Below, piece by piece: positions 8,308-19,104 of a stretch of DNA of 64,000 nucleotides. Every line of letters begins with the position of its first letter. Positions within the stretch are counted from its first letter, which is position 1. The stretch is taken from assembly GCA_048500355.1 (NCBI GenBank), contig JASNYD010000006.1, positions 416,211 to 480,210 on the forward strand, read 5' to 3'. This DNA is from Kofleriaceae bacterium. Its GTDB lineage: Bacteria; Myxococcota_A; Polyangia; Haliangiales; Haliangiaceae. A program made the translations under genes and the position numbers. The notes below the pieces were generated by a model. That model searched no databases. It was not told the DNA's origin and saw only the letters and a program-made list of their open reading frames with translations.

Positions 8308-10733
8308 GCGCCGGCGATCAACGCTGGGTCTGCGTCCACGGCCACTTCTACCAGCCGCCGCGCGAGAACCCGTGGCTCGACGCCATCGAGCCCCAGCCCA
8401 GCGCCGCGCCCTACCCCGACTGGAACCAGCGCATCACCGCCGAGTGCTACCGGCCCAACGCCAGCGCCCGCATCGTCGACGCCCACGGCCAGATCCTGGG
8501 CATCGTCGACAACTACGCCCACATGAGCTTCAACGTCGGCCCCACGCTCATGGCCTGGCTCGAGCGGGAGGCGCCCGACGTCCACGACGCGCTGATCGAG
8601 TCCGACCGCGCCAGCCGCGCCCGCTTCAGCGGCCACGGCGCGGCCATGGCCCAGGCCTACAACCACCTCATCATGCCGCTGGCGACGCGGCGCGATCAGG
8701 TCACGCAGGTGCGATGGGGCGTGCGCGACTTCCGCCACCGCTTCGGCCGCAAGCCGCTCGGCATGTGGCTCCCCGAGTGCGCGGTCTCGACCGAGACCCT
8801 CGAGGTGCTGGCCGCCGAGGGCCTCGCCTACACCGTGCTCGCGCCGTACCAGGCGGCGCGGGTGCGGCCGCCGGGCGGCACCTGGCACGAGGTCAGCGCC
8901 GCCGAGCCGGGGCGGGTCTACCGCTGCCCGCTGCCGTCGGGGCGCGCCATCGACCTGTTCTTCTACGACGGCGAGCTGTCGCGGGCGGTCGCCTTCGACA
9001 AGCTGCTCGCCGACGGCGCCCAGCTCGCGGCCCGCCTGGCCGGCGCCGGCGGCAAGGGCGCGGCCGTGCTCTCGCACATCGCCACCGACGGCGAGACCTA
9101 CGGCCACCACCACCGCTACGGCGACATGGCGCTGGCCTGGGCGCTGGTGTCGATCGAGAAGGGCGACCACGCCGGCGCGCGGCTGACCGTCTACGAGCAG
9201 TACCGCGCCCGCTTCCCCGCCACCTGGGAGGTCGAGATCCGCGACGAGACGGCGTGGAGCTGCGCCCACGGCATCGATCGCTGGCGCGAGGACTGCGGCT
9301 GCAACGGCGGCGGTCACCCCGGCTGGAACCAGGCCTGGCGCCGCCCCCTGCGCGACGCCCTCGACTGGCTGCGCGATCGCGCCGCCGACGTGCTCGAGGC
9401 CGCGAGCAAGGGCCTGTTCGCCGATCCGTGGCAGGCCCGCGACGACTATGTGGAGGTCGTGCTCGAGCGGGACCGCGCCGACGACTTCCTGCGCCGCCAC
9501 GCCGGCCGGCCGCTGCACGGCGACGAGCGGGTGCGGGCGCTCGAGCTGATGGAGCTGGCCCGCCACGCGATGCTCATGTACACGAGCTGCGGCTGGTTCT
9601 TCGACGACCTTTCGGGGATCGAGACCGTCCAGATCCTGCAGTACGCGGCGCGGGTGTGCGAGCTGTGCGAGCGGCTCGAGCCCGGGCGGCGGGTCGAGGA
9701 CGCCTTCGTCGACCGCCTGGCCGGCGCCCGCTCCAACCTGGTCGGCGCCGGCGACGGCCGCCAGGTCTGGCGCGAGCGGGTGGTGTCGGCGCGGGTCGAC
9801 CTGCCCAAGGTCGTCGCCCACTGGGCCACCCTGCAGGTGCTGGCCGACGGCGAGGCCGCCGCCGAGGACGTCTACTGCTACCGGGTGACGCCGCGCGCGC
9901 TGACCCGGCGGCGCACCGGGAAGGCCCGGCTCATCGCCGGCATCGCCCGGGTGGCGTCGCAGGTCACCGGCGAGACCACCGAGCTGGCGTTCGCGGTGGT
10001 CCACGCCGGCGAGCACCACCTGGTGGGCGGGGTGCGCCGCGCCGACGACGCCGCAGCCTGGGACGCCTTCGCCGCCGAGCTGGTCGACGCCTTCCTCGGC
10101 GCCGATCTCCTCGCCACCCAGCGCGTGCTCGATCGTGGCTTCGGCGGCGCCACCTTCTCGCTCGGCTCCCTGTTCGCGCGCGAGCGTGGCGCCGTGCTCG
10201 AGCGCATCCTGGCCGCCGAGCTGCGCGACGCCGATCAGGTCTACCAGCGCCTCTACGACGAGCACGGCCCGCTCCTGCGCTACCTGGTGCGCCACGACCT
10301 GCCGGTGCCCGGGCCGTTCGCCAACGCCGCCGAGCAGGTGCTGCGCCGCCGCATCCTGGCCGCGCTCGAGCGCCCGGTGCCGAGCTTCGACGAGGTACGG
10401 GCGACGATCGCCGAGGCAGCGCAGGTCCGGGTCGATCTCGACACCCCGGCCATCGCCTACGCCGCCGGCCTGGCCCTGCGCCGGATGATCGATCACCTGG
10501 CGGCCGCGCCCGAGGATCCGGTGCCGCTCGAGCGTCTGGCCCGCCTGGCCGGGGTCGCCGCCGGCATGCGATCCCCCGTCGACCTGTGGGACGCGCAGAA
10601 CGCGGCCTGGCGCCTCCGCCGCGAGCGGCTGCCGGCGTGGCGGGCCCGGGCCGCGGGCGGCGACGCCGCCGCCGAGCAGATGGTGCGCGCGTTCACCCTG
10701 CTGGCCCAGGCGCTCCGCGTCGCCGTCGAGTAG
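8304..10733 (+). CDS. Glycoside hydrolase family 57 protein (alpha-glucan processing, with a DUF3536-type C-terminal extension)
   Basis: The GH57 N-terminal signature WVCVHGHFYQPPRENPW is present. The GTG start overlaps the glgB stop (GTGA), which suggests translational coupling. Confidence 0.85.
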   Translation: MSAGDQRWVCVHGHFYQPPRENPWLDAIEPQPSAAPYPDWNQRITAECYRPNASARIVDAHGQILGIVDNYAHMSFNVGPTLMAWLEREAPDVHDALIESDRASRARFSGHGAAMAQAYNHLIMPLATRRDQVTQVRWGVRDFRHRFGRKPLGMWLPECAVSTETLEVLAAEGLAYTVLAPYQAARVRPPGGTWHEVSAAEPGRVYRCPLPSGRAIDLFFYDGELSRAVAFDKLLADGAQLAARLAGAGGKGAAVLSHIATDGETYGHHHRYGDMALAWALVSIEKGDHAGARLTVYEQYRARFPATWEVEIRDETAWSCAHGIDRWREDCGCNGGGHPGWNQAWRRPLRDALDWLRDRAADVLEAASKGLFADPWQARDDYVEVVLERDRADDFLRRHAGRPLHGDERVRALELMELARHAMLMYTSCGWFFDDLSGIETVQILQYAARVCELCERLEPGRRVEDAFVDRLAGARSNLVGAGDGRQVWRERVVSARVDLPKVVAHWATLQVLADGEAAAEDVYCYRVTPRALTRRRTGKARLIAGIARVASQVTGETTELAFAVVHAGEHHLVGGVRRADDAAAWDAFAAELVDAFLGADLLATQRVLDRGFGGATFSLGSLFARERGAVLERILAAELRDADQVYQRLYDEHGPLLRYLVRHDLPVPGPFANAAEQVLRRRILAALERPVPSFDEVRATIAEAAQVRVDLDTPAIAYAAGLALRRMIDHLAAAPEDPVPLERLARLAGVAAGMRSPVDLWDAQNAAWRLRRERLPAWRARAAGGDAAAEQMVRAFTLLAQALRVAVE

Positions 10734-10742
10734 AGTCCGGCC

Positions 10743-11849
10743 GTGGTCATCATCCACGTGCTGTCCTCGTTCGGCGTCGGCGGTCAGGAGCGGGTGGCGC
10801 TCGACCTGGCGGCGTCGCAGGTGCGGCGCGGCCACCGCGTGACCGCGGTGTCGCTGGCGCCGGCGCCCGACGGCCCGCTCGCCGCCGAGTTCCGCGCCGC
10901 CGGCGCCGAGGTGCTGCGGGTGGCCAAGGGCCCGGGCACCGACGCCAGCCTGGTGCCGCGCCTCGCCCTCGCCTTCCGCTGGCGCAAGGCCGACGTCGTC
11001 CACACCCACAACCCGCTGCCGCTCATCTACGGGGCGCCGGCCGCCCGCGTCGCCGGCGCCGCCGCCATCCACACCAAGCACGGCATCAACCCCGGCTCGC
11101 GCGCCCAGCGCTTCGTGCGCCGGCAGGCCGCCAAGCTGGTCAGCTCGTTCGTCGCGGTGTCACCGGTGACGGCGCAGCAGGCGCGCACCCTGGGCGACGT
11201 GTCGGAGCACCGGCTGGTGGTCATCCCCAACGGCATCCGCCTCGATCAGTTCGGCCCCGATCCGGCGGCGCGGGCCGCGATCCGCGCCGAGCTCGGCATC
11301 GCCGACGACGCGATCGTGGTCGGCACCGTCGGTCGCCTCGACGAATTCAAGAACCAGACCCTGCTCCTGGCCGCGATCGCGCCGCTGCTCGGGCCGCGGG
11401 TCCAGGTCGTCTTCGTCGGCGACGGCCCGACCCGGGCCGAGCTCGAGCGCGCGGTCGCCGCGCTGCCCGACCCGTCGCGGGCCCACGTCCTCGGACGGCG
11501 CATGGACGTGCCGCGCCTCCTGCCCGCGTTCGACGTGTTCTGCCTGTCGTCGAAGAGCGAGGGCCTGCCGCTGGTCGTGCCCGAGGCCATGGCCAGCGGC
11601 CTGCCGGTGGTGTCGACCGCGGTCGGCGGCATCCCGGGCGTGGTCGACGACGGCGCGACCGGCCGCCTCACCGCCGTCGACGAGGGCGAGCTGCGGGCCG
11701 CCCTGCGCGCGCTGATCGACGATCCGGCGCGGGCGCGGGCGATGGGCGAGCGGGCCCGCGCGGTCGCGCTCGAGCGCTACTCGGCGGAGCGCATGACCGA
11801 CGACTACCTGCTCCTGTACGAGCGCGCCGTGAAGCACCAGCGGCGCTGA
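10743..11849 (+). CDS. Glycosyltransferase family 4 (GT-B fold)
   Basis: GT4 motifs are present (GGQERVALDLA, and EGLPLVVPEAMASGLPVV, which matches the E-x7-E region). Confidence 0.85.
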   Translation: MVIIHVLSSFGVGGQERVALDLAASQVRRGHRVTAVSLAPAPDGPLAAEFRAAGAEVLRVAKGPGTDASLVPRLALAFRWRKADVVHTHNPLPLIYGAPAARVAGAAAIHTKHGINPGSRAQRFVRRQAAKLVSSFVAVSPVTAQQARTLGDVSEHRLVVIPNGIRLDQFGPDPAARAAIRAELGIADDAIVVGTVGRLDEFKNQTLLLAAIAPLLGPRVQVVFVGDGPTRAELERAVAALPDPSRAHVLGRRMDVPRLLPAFDVFCLSSKSEGLPLVVPEAMASGLPVVSTAVGGIPGVVDDGATGRLTAVDEGELRAALRALIDDPARARAMGERARAVALERYSAERMTDDYLLLYERAVKHQRR

Positions 11850-11885
11850 CCGCCGCCGGGCAGCGGCGGCGCGGGCGCACCACGT

Positions 11886-13346
11886 TCAGCAGCCGTCCTG
11901 GGGACCGATCGTCACCGCCGCCGGCGGCGCGGCGCGACAGGCGCCGGCGAGCGTGCCGGTGACCTCGGGGACGTGGACGCCGGCCCCGGCCTCGGGCGCG
12001 CCGACGCAGGCCGCGGTGATCGGCGCCTGCGGATCGTCGGGGAGGTGGTCGTAGCCCGACGCCTGGCCGACGACGCCGCCGGTCTCGGTCACCGGCAGGG
12101 ACGGCGTCGAGCTGCCGCCGTCGCTCGCGTACCAGAGGTTGTGCGAGAACGTGAACGAGGCGGCGTCGGTGCCGCCGCCGACGTTGACCGCGGTCGAGAG
12201 CGACGCCGCCGCGAAGACGAAGGTGTTGGCGAGGACGCGGCCGTTCGCCGCCGGCTCGAAGGTGTAGCCGCCGCCGCTGGCGGTCTCCTGCAGGATGCGC
12301 ACGTTCCAGCGCTGGCGACCGCGGACCAGGTTGTGGGCGGCCAGGCAGTCGATGCAGCCCACGAAGGCGAACGGCGTGGCGGTGTCCCCGAGGCCGGTGA
12401 TGACGTTGGCGAAGACCCGGATCCGGCGGGCCTCGGCGTTGGGCGCCGAGGTCGACAGCGGCGGCCGGAACAGGTCGAGATCGGTCGAGCCGCCGAGGTT
12501 GACGGCGCGCGGCCCGGTGATCGCGATGCGATTCTGCCGGACGTCGACGTCGGTGGAGCCGCCCTTGGCCTGGACCGCGGTGCTCATCGCGCCGGCGAAG
12601 GTGTTGCGCGCGACGACGCTGCGGTGGCAGCCGACGTGATCGATCCCCGAGCCGCCGGCGCCGCAGCGCTCGATGCGGCTGTCGAGGACGTGGAGGTCGT
12701 TGACCCCCGAGACCTTGATGCAGTCGTTGTTGCCGCCGGTGCCGACGTCGTGGACGTGGAGGTCGCGCAGGACGACGTGGTGCGCGGCGGTGTCGTCGGC
12801 GAAGTCGCCGCCATCGTCGACGTTGAGGCCGTTGGCGGTCTGCCCGGTGACCTCGAGGTCGTGGACCACGACGTAGGCCGGGCGCACCAGGTGCAGCGCC
12901 TGGCCCGCGCCGCGCAGCACCGGCCGCGGCTGACCGGGCTCGCCGCCGATCCAGATCGGGGCGGTCGCGGTCCCGCGCAGGCCGGCGACGTACTGGCCGC
13001 TGGTGTGCTCGCCGGGGCCGAGGCGGATCGCGGTGCCCGGCGTCGCCGCCGCCGCCGCCTGCTGGATCGTCGCGAACGGCCGGCCGACCGAGCCGTCGCC
13101 GCCGCCGCCGGCGCCCGCCGCGACGTGCAGCAGCCGGGTCGGCACGAGGCCGTCGGCGAAGCTCGCCGGGGCGTCGCACGCCGGCGTGCCGTCGGGGGCG
13201 TCGATCGCGCCGCCGTCGCCGCCGCCGCCGCCGTCGCCGCCCCCACCGTCCCCGTCACCCGGCGACGGCTCACCGCCACAGCCGAACGCGAGCGACAGCA
13301 CGAGCACGAGCGCGACCGGGAGCGCGACGGCCGGGGTCCACCTCAT
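11886..13346 (-). CDS. Lipoprotein with a right-handed beta-helix / pectin-lyase-fold domain
   Basis: Signal with lipobox LAFGC, a poly-Gly/Asp linker and beta-helix-like repeats (NGLNVDDGGDFADD, GNNDCIKVSGVNDLHV). The start was chosen at the internal Met that precedes the signal peptide. Confidence 0.6.
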   Translation of the reverse strand: MRWTPAVALPVALVLVLSLAFGCGGEPSPGDGDGGGGDGGGGGDGGAIDAPDGTPACDAPASFADGLVPTRLLHVAAGAGGGGDGSVGRPFATIQQAAAAATPGTAIRLGPGEHTSGQYVAGLRGTATAPIWIGGEPGQPRPVLRGAGQALHLVRPAYVVVHDLEVTGQTANGLNVDDGGDFADDTAAHHVVLRDLHVHDVGTGGNNDCIKVSGVNDLHVLDSRIERCGAGGSGIDHVGCHRSVVARNTFAGAMSTAVQAKGGSTDVDVRQNRIAITGPRAVNLGGSTDLDLFRPPLSTSAPNAEARRIRVFANVITGLGDTATPFAFVGCIDCLAAHNLVRGRQRWNVRILQETASGGGYTFEPAANGRVLANTFVFAAASLSTAVNVGGGTDAASFTFSHNLWYASDGGSSTPSLPVTETGGVVGQASGYDHLPDDPQAPITAACVGAPEAGAGVHVPEVTGTLAGACRAAPPAAVTIGPQDGC

Positions 13347-13383
13347 GGGACGACTGTACCGGCGCAGCGCCGCCGGCGGGGCG

Positions 13384-14106
13384 TCAACCGGCGTCGGCGG
13401 GGCCGGGGCCGGCCGACGGGTGGCCCAGCGCACACAGGGGCACCGCGGCCGGCACGGTGGCGAGGACGGCGGCGAGCTCGGGATCCCGGTCGGGCGGCGC
13501 GCCCTCGGTGACGGCGTAGAACTCGCGCAGGAAGGCGGCGATGATCGCGCCGTCGAGGGTCGGCGGCGCCGGCTCGTCGACGAACGCGATCAGGACCAGG
13601 CCGCGATCGCGGGGCTCGCCGCCGACCAGGCGCGGCTGGACGTAGGGGTGGTCGACGACGCGCGCACCCCACCGCTGGAAGCGCCCGAGCCGCGCCCACG
13701 CCTCGTCGGCCTCGGCTGGCGGGCAGCGCCGCGGATCGATGACCTCGGCGAACAGCGCGCGCGCGCCCGCCAGCTCGGCGCGGACGCCGTCGAGGAGGCC
13801 GCGGGCGAGGCCCCGCCGGCGCGCCGCCGGCGCGACCACCAGGTAGGTGAGGATCGCGCACCCGCTGGCCGGGTAGCGCTCGCAGACGATGCCGCCGTCG
13901 AGGCGGGCACCGGCCGCGTCGTCGAGCTCGGCGCCGGCGAGCACGATCGCGAGCTGGTAGGGCGGCGCCGGCGCGAACAGCCGCGCGTGCCAGGTCGCCA
14001 GCGCCTCGCGCTGCCGCGGCGCGAACGCCGGCACGTAGAGCTCGTCGTGGAAGCGCAGGAGGAGCGGCGCCTGCGCCGGATCGCGGATCGTGACGCGCTC
14101 GCTCAT
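13384..14106 (-). CDS. GNAT-family acetyltransferase-like protein
   Basis: GNAT core-like segment (LTYLVVAPAARRRGLARGLL). Coding bias is good. Confidence 0.55.
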   Translation of the reverse strand: MSERVTIRDPAQAPLLLRFHDELYVPAFAPRQREALATWHARLFAPAPPYQLAIVLAGAELDDAAGARLDGGIVCERYPASGCAILTYLVVAPAARRRGLARGLLDGVRAELAGARALFAEVIDPRRCPPAEADEAWARLGRFQRWGARVVDHPYVQPRLVGGEPRDRGLVLIAFVDEPAPPTLDGAIIAAFLREFYAVTEGAPPDRDPELAAVLATVPAAVPLCALGHPSAGPGPADAG

Positions 14107-15631
14107 TGGTCCACCCTCCGGTCGTGGCCGCCAAGAAGTTGCGCGCGCGATCCGGTAAGCGGAGGGTGACGCTCAGTTCCTCCAGCGCCCCTTCGAGGAC
14201 GGCCCTGCTCGCTGGCCGCTCGACGGCCCTCGTGAGACCTGCCGCCTCGAAGGGCGTGGGGGGACCTAACCGACAACAGGGTGTTGCGCCCCGACGGCGA
14301 CGTCGCGGAGCGCCTGTCAATGAGCGTTCGGTTGGTCCCTCTCGCGTTGGCGGACGCACCCACGAAGGAGCGTCCATGCGGTTCTGCGTAGGTCTCGACT
14401 GGGCATCGCGCGAGCACGCCGTCTGTGCGATCGACGACAAGGGCGCCATCAAGGCGCACTTCACCGTCGAGCACTCGGCGGAGGGCATGGCGAAGCTGGC
14501 GGCGCAGCTGCGCAAGCTGGCGGCGCCCGAGGAGCTGGCGATCGCGATCGAGCGCCCCACCGGGCTGGTCGTCGACACGCTGGTCGAGGGTGGCTTCAAG
14601 GTGGTGCCGATCCATCCCAACGTGGTCAAGGCCTCGCGCCCCCGTTACTCGGCGGCGCAGGGCAAGTCCGACCTCGGCGACGCGTATCTGCTCGCCGACC
14701 TGCTGCGCACCGACGGGCACCGCTTCCGGGTGCTGACGCCGCAGTCCGACGAGACCAAGGCGCTGCGCGGGCTGGTACGGCTGCGCGACGACCTGGTCGG
14801 GCAGCGGGTCGGCATGGCCAACCAGCTGCGCAACCTGCTCGAGCAGTTCTGGCCCGGCGCGGCGGCGATCTTCGCCGACGTCGACTCGCCGATCGCGCTC
14901 GAGTTCCTCGAGCGCTACCCGACGCCGCAGGCCGCGGTCGGACTGGGCGAGAAGCGCCTCGCCGCGTTCCTGGCGCGCCATGCGTACTGCGGTCGACGCT
15001 CGGCTGCCGAGTTGCTCGAGCGCCTGCGCGGCGCACCCGTCGGCCACAACGGCGATCTCGAAGCCGAGGCCAAGGGCGAGTGCGTCCGCGCCCTTGTCGC
15101 GGTGCTCAAGCCGCTCGTGCTCCAGGTCCAGGTGCTCACCGCTGCCGTCGAACACGCGGTCACGGCGCACCCCGACGGCCTCGTCGTGACGTCGCTGTTC
15201 CGCAGCGGGCGCGTCTGCGCGGCGCAGATCCTCGCCGAGCTCGGTGACGACCGCGCCCGCTTCACGTCGGCCGAGCACCTGGCCGCCGAGGCCGGCGTCG
15301 CGCCCATCACCCGCGAATCCGGCAAGCGCCGCGCCGTCGGCTTTCGCTGGGCCTGCAACAAGCGCCTGCGCGCCGCGTTGACCTGCCTGGCCGACGCCTC
15401 GCGCCACACCTCGCCATGGGCCGCCGCGCTCTACCAGAGCGCCAAGGCTCGCGGCTGCGATCACCCGCACGCCATGCGCATCGTCGCGCGCGCCTGGTGC
15501 CGCGTGCTCTGGGCCTGCTGGCAGAAGCGCGTCGCCTACGACCCCGGCAAGCACGCCGCCGCGCTCAAGTTCACCCCTCGCATCGTCGGCAAGGAGGCCG
15601 CGTGACGCGAAAGAGGTTGACACAGGGTGTC
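14107..15631 (+). mobile_element. IS110-family insertion sequence, about 1.5 kb
   Basis: It carries a single DEDD-type transposase. A non-coding flank of about 270 bp with GC lower than the rest of the window and hairpins precedes the gene. The element fills exactly the gap between the GNAT start and the amidase stop. No terminal inverted repeats, as expected for IS110. Confidence 0.6.
14376..15605 (+). CDS. IS110-family transposase (DEDD recombinase)
   Basis: N-terminal MRFCVGLDWAS (the DEDD_Tnp_IS110 type). The C-terminal Transposase_20 motif is present (AAQILAELGDDRARFTSAEHLAAEAGVAPITRESGKR). A GGAG ribosome-binding site lies 7 nt upstream of the ATG. Confidence 0.9.
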   Translation: MRFCVGLDWASREHAVCAIDDKGAIKAHFTVEHSAEGMAKLAAQLRKLAAPEELAIAIERPTGLVVDTLVEGGFKVVPIHPNVVKASRPRYSAAQGKSDLGDAYLLADLLRTDGHRFRVLTPQSDETKALRGLVRLRDDLVGQRVGMANQLRNLLEQFWPGAAAIFADVDSPIALEFLERYPTPQAAVGLGEKRLAAFLARHAYCGRRSAAELLERLRGAPVGHNGDLEAEAKGECVRALVAVLKPLVLQVQVLTAAVEHAVTAHPDGLVVTSLFRSGRVCAAQILAELGDDRARFTSAEHLAAEAGVAPITRESGKRRAVGFRWACNKRLRAALTCLADASRHTSPWAAALYQSAKARGCDHPHAMRIVARAWCRVLWACWQKRVAYDPGKHAAALKFTPRIVGKEAA

Positions 15632-16561
15632 TCACGGCGCCACGACCGCGTCGGCGGGGCCGCGCAGGCCGAGGTCGGCGACCCGCGCCCGCACCAGGCC
15701 CATGAACCGCGGCCCCGGGTCGGGCTTGCGGTTGCGGTAGCCGGGGTCGAGCTCGACGAACCACGGCGTGCCCTCGAGGGCGCGCACCTCGTGGTGACCG
15801 ACCAGGAGCTCGATCGGGTGGCGGGCGGCGAGGTCGCGGACGAGCGCGGCGTTGGCCTCGACCTGGGCCGGGGTCAGCTTCCACCGATCCTCGTCGCCGA
15901 CGTTCTCGACGCCGATCGAGACGTGGTTGACGCCGATGGCGTGGCGGGCCATGCGGGTCTCGGGCATGAGGCGGTAGATCGTGCCGTCGCGATCGACGAG
16001 GAAGTGGGCCGAGACGTTGACGTCGCCGCCGCCGCGCAGCGTGCGGCGGCTGGCCTCGAGGCGGGGGCGGTCGAAGTAGGCCTTGGTGCCGCGCGCCGAG
16101 CCGCCGGCGGTGTAGTGGAGGACGATCATGCGCGGCGTGATCGAGGTGTCGACCGCGGCCGGATCGCTGTGGGCGCGGCGGTAGGCGAGCATGGCGGCGT
16201 CGCGCGCGGGCGGCCAGGCGATGGGCCAGTCGACGATCGTGGCGTGGGCGACGGGCGCGGCGTCGACGGTGGAGCCCGGGGCGCCGGCGTCGACGGGCGG
16301 CGCGAGGCCCAGCGCGACGTCCGCGGGCGCGGCCGAGCCGGCGCCGTCGCGGGTCGCCGGGGTGGCCGCAGGCGCGGTCGCCGCCGGCGGGTCGGCGGGG
16401 CCGCGCTCGGTGGCGCGGCTCGAGCAGGCCGCGGCCGCCGCCGCGAGGCTGGACAGGCACGCCAGGCGCGTCAGGCCAGCCCGGCAGGCGAGGAGACGGA
16501 CGACGCGCGCCACGCCGCGAAGGTAGCAGGTGGCGGCGGCGGCGCTCGCGCGCGCCGCCAC
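15632..16561 (-). CDS. N-acetylmuramoyl-L-alanine amidase (Amidase_2 / AmpD-like), secreted
   Basis: Amidase_2 motifs are present (MIVLHYTAGGS, HFLVDRDGTIY, HAIGVNHVSIGVE). An N-terminal signal is present; the start may be the internal GTG near 16513. Confidence 0.8.
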   Translation of the reverse strand: MAARASAAAATCYLRGVARVVRLLACRAGLTRLACLSSLAAAAAACSSRATERGPADPPAATAPAATPATRDGAGSAAPADVALGLAPPVDAGAPGSTVDAAPVAHATIVDWPIAWPPARDAAMLAYRRAHSDPAAVDTSITPRMIVLHYTAGGSARGTKAYFDRPRLEASRRTLRGGGDVNVSAHFLVDRDGTIYRLMPETRMARHAIGVNHVSIGVENVGDEDRWKLTPAQVEANAALVRDLAARHPIELLVGHHEVRALEGTPWFVELDPGYRNRKPDPGPRFMGLVRARVADLGLRGPADAVVAP

Positions 16562-16582
16562 CCGTCGGTCACGGCCGCTCGG

Positions 16583-19104
16583 TCAGCGCCAGAACGCCCA
16601 GCCCTTGCGCCGCGGCGGTGCGCCTGGACCGCCGCCGGGGCTGCCGGCGTCGGTGACGAGCGCGCGCAGGGCGGTCACGACCTCGGCCACCACGGTCGGC
16701 AGGTCGGCGGCGGCCAGCGCGCCGCGCAGCCGGTCGACCAGCGGGGCCAGCGCGCGCGCCAGCTCGTGGAGCCCGACGGTGCGGGCGTCCTCGAGCAGCT
16801 CGGCCAGGCGCGCCACCGGGAGCTGGGCGGCGGCCGCCGGCACCGCCGCGGTCGCGGCGCGCGCCAGCTCGTCGGCGAGGCCGCGCAGCCGCGCGAGGTA
16901 CGGCGCCGGGTCGAGGCCGGGGGCGGAGGCGGCGTCGGCCTTGGCCTCCTCGGCCTCGAACGCGCGCGCCTCGGCGCGCTTCTTCGCGTCGCGCACCGGC
17001 GACGGCGACGGCGGCGCGCCGGGGAGGCCGGGCGGTCCGAACGCCTGGCCGCGACCGTGGACGGCGCCCGGCGGCGCACCCGCGGGTGCGGACGGCGGCG
17101 CGCCCGGCGACGGCGGGGCGCCCCCGGCGGACCGGATGGACGGCGCCCTGGCCGGCATCGCCGCGGCGGACATCGCGTACGACAGCGCCACCGGGGGCGA
17201 CGGCGCGGCGACGGACGCCATGCCGCCCTCCCATCCGGCCGGGTGCTCGACCGGCTGCGTGATCACCTGCGGGTTGCCGCCGGGGTTGACGACCTGACGA
17301 TCGACCGCGACGAACGCGGTGAAGCGAGACAGCACGCGGTGGCGGAGCGAGACGTCGACGATGCGCTGCTCGAGCGCGGCGCGGTCGGGCGCGCCGGCGG
17401 CGTAGCGATCCTCGAGGTCGCGGAGATGCGCTCGCGCCCACGACTGGGCCAGCGCCGCGCCCGGGCGCGCCGAGTCGAGCGTGACCCGCTCCACGTACTC
17501 GGTGCCGGCGGGCAGGCGGCCGCGCACCTCGAGCACGGCGCCCGGACGAGGCCGGCCGCGCCAGCGCGCGCGCACGACCAGCGGCGCGCCGGCGAACACC
17601 GCCGGCAGCCGGTGCGGGGCCAGGGTGGACGGGTCGAGCTCCGCGCCGTGGAGCGAGACGTCGACCAGCACCGGGATGGCGACCCGCCGGTGGACCTTGT
17701 CCATGACCGCGTCGAGGCGGTCCTCGCTCTCGACCAGCTCGCAGGCCCCGCCGCCGGCGGCGGCCAGGCGACGCAGGAACGCGGCGTTCACGGCCTGGTC
17801 GATGCCGAGGGTGAACACGCGCACGCCGCCGAGGCGCGGAGCCAGCCGGCGCAGGATCTCGTCCTCGTTGCCGACCTGACCATCGGTCACCAGCACCAGG
17901 ACCCGGTCGCGCTCGCCGCCGCCGGCGAGCAGGCCGGCAGCCAGCTCGAGCGGTCGCGCCAGCTCGGTGCCACCGCGGGCGGCGACCCCGGCCAGGAACT
18001 CGACGGCGCGGAAGCGGTTGCGATCGCCGCCGCTGGCGAGCTGGGTGCCGAGCTCGCGGGGCGCCTCGATCGAGGTGTCGAAGGCGAGCACCGCGAAGCG
18101 GTCGCGCTCGCCGAGGGTGTCGACGATGCGGGCGGCGGCGCGGCGCGCCGCCACCATCTTCCAGCCGTCCATCGAGCCCGAGCGATCGAGCACGAGGACG
18201 AGGTCGCGGGGGAGGCCGGCGGCGGCGGCGCCCGCCGGCGGCACCAGCGTGACGGCGACGGTCGCGCCCTCGCCGTCGTCGTCGGGCGCCCACACCGCGG
18301 CGCTGCGCAGCGCGGCGTCGCCCACGGTCCAGCGCAGGATGAAGTCGCGGTCGAGGCGCTCGCCGGGACGGAGCTCGACGCGCCAGCCCGCGCCGTCGGC
18401 GACGGCGTGGACCTCGTGCAGGCTCGAGCGCAGGGCGGCGAGCGGCAGGCCGCCGCCGTCGACGGTGACCGCCAGGCTCAGGCGCACCGGGTTGGGGAAG
18501 CCGGGCAACCGCACCGGCGGCGAGATCCGGGAGGCGTCGGGCACGCGATCGGTGTCGGCGCTGGTGCCGGTGCCGGCCTGCTCGCCGTCGAGGGCGGCGC
18601 CCGGGATGTAGCGCGGCGCGACCACGAGCGGGAAGGCGAACGTGACCTCGCCGTCCTCGACCGGCAGCGGGCCGACGAGGTGCAGCGTGATGACCGCCAC
18701 GTCGTGCGGCATGAGGTTGCCGACCCGGAGCGTGAACACGCCCGGGCGATCCTCCTCGGCGATGGCGGCCCGCTGGCCGGCGGCGATGGCGCGATCGTAG
18801 GTGTCGCGGGCGCGGCCGCGCTCGTCGATGACGCCCTCGACCACGCGGCCGGCGACCTCCATGCGGAAGCGGTGCACGGCGGCGCGATCGGGCAGCGGGA
18901 AGATGTACGTGGCCTCGATCGGCGCGCCGGTCGCGTTGACGAAGGTCTGGCGGAGCTCGGTCGCGACCTCGAGGCCGGTGACCCGGGCCTCCACCGACAG
19001 CGCGGTCAGGGGCAGGAGCCCGCGCGGGGTCTCCAGGCAGCCGAGACCGCCGTCGCCGCGAGAGGGGTAGGTGAGCGTGGGCTCGATGGTGACGGGCAAG
19101 GGCA

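Noticed and set aside
6109-11962. Long antisense or off-frame ORFs over glgB, GH57 and GT4 (6109..8184 -, 8232..11081 -, 8372..11962 +, 6489..8303 portion)
   Set aside because: The plus-strand genes have clear family motifs and GC3 bias. The alternatives are low-complexity Arg/Pro/Gly translations.
14107-14375. tRNA or other small RNA gene as the insertion target of the IS110 element
   Set aside because: No cloverleaf or tRNA-like conserved boxes were found by eye. The region is better explained as the element's own non-coding end.
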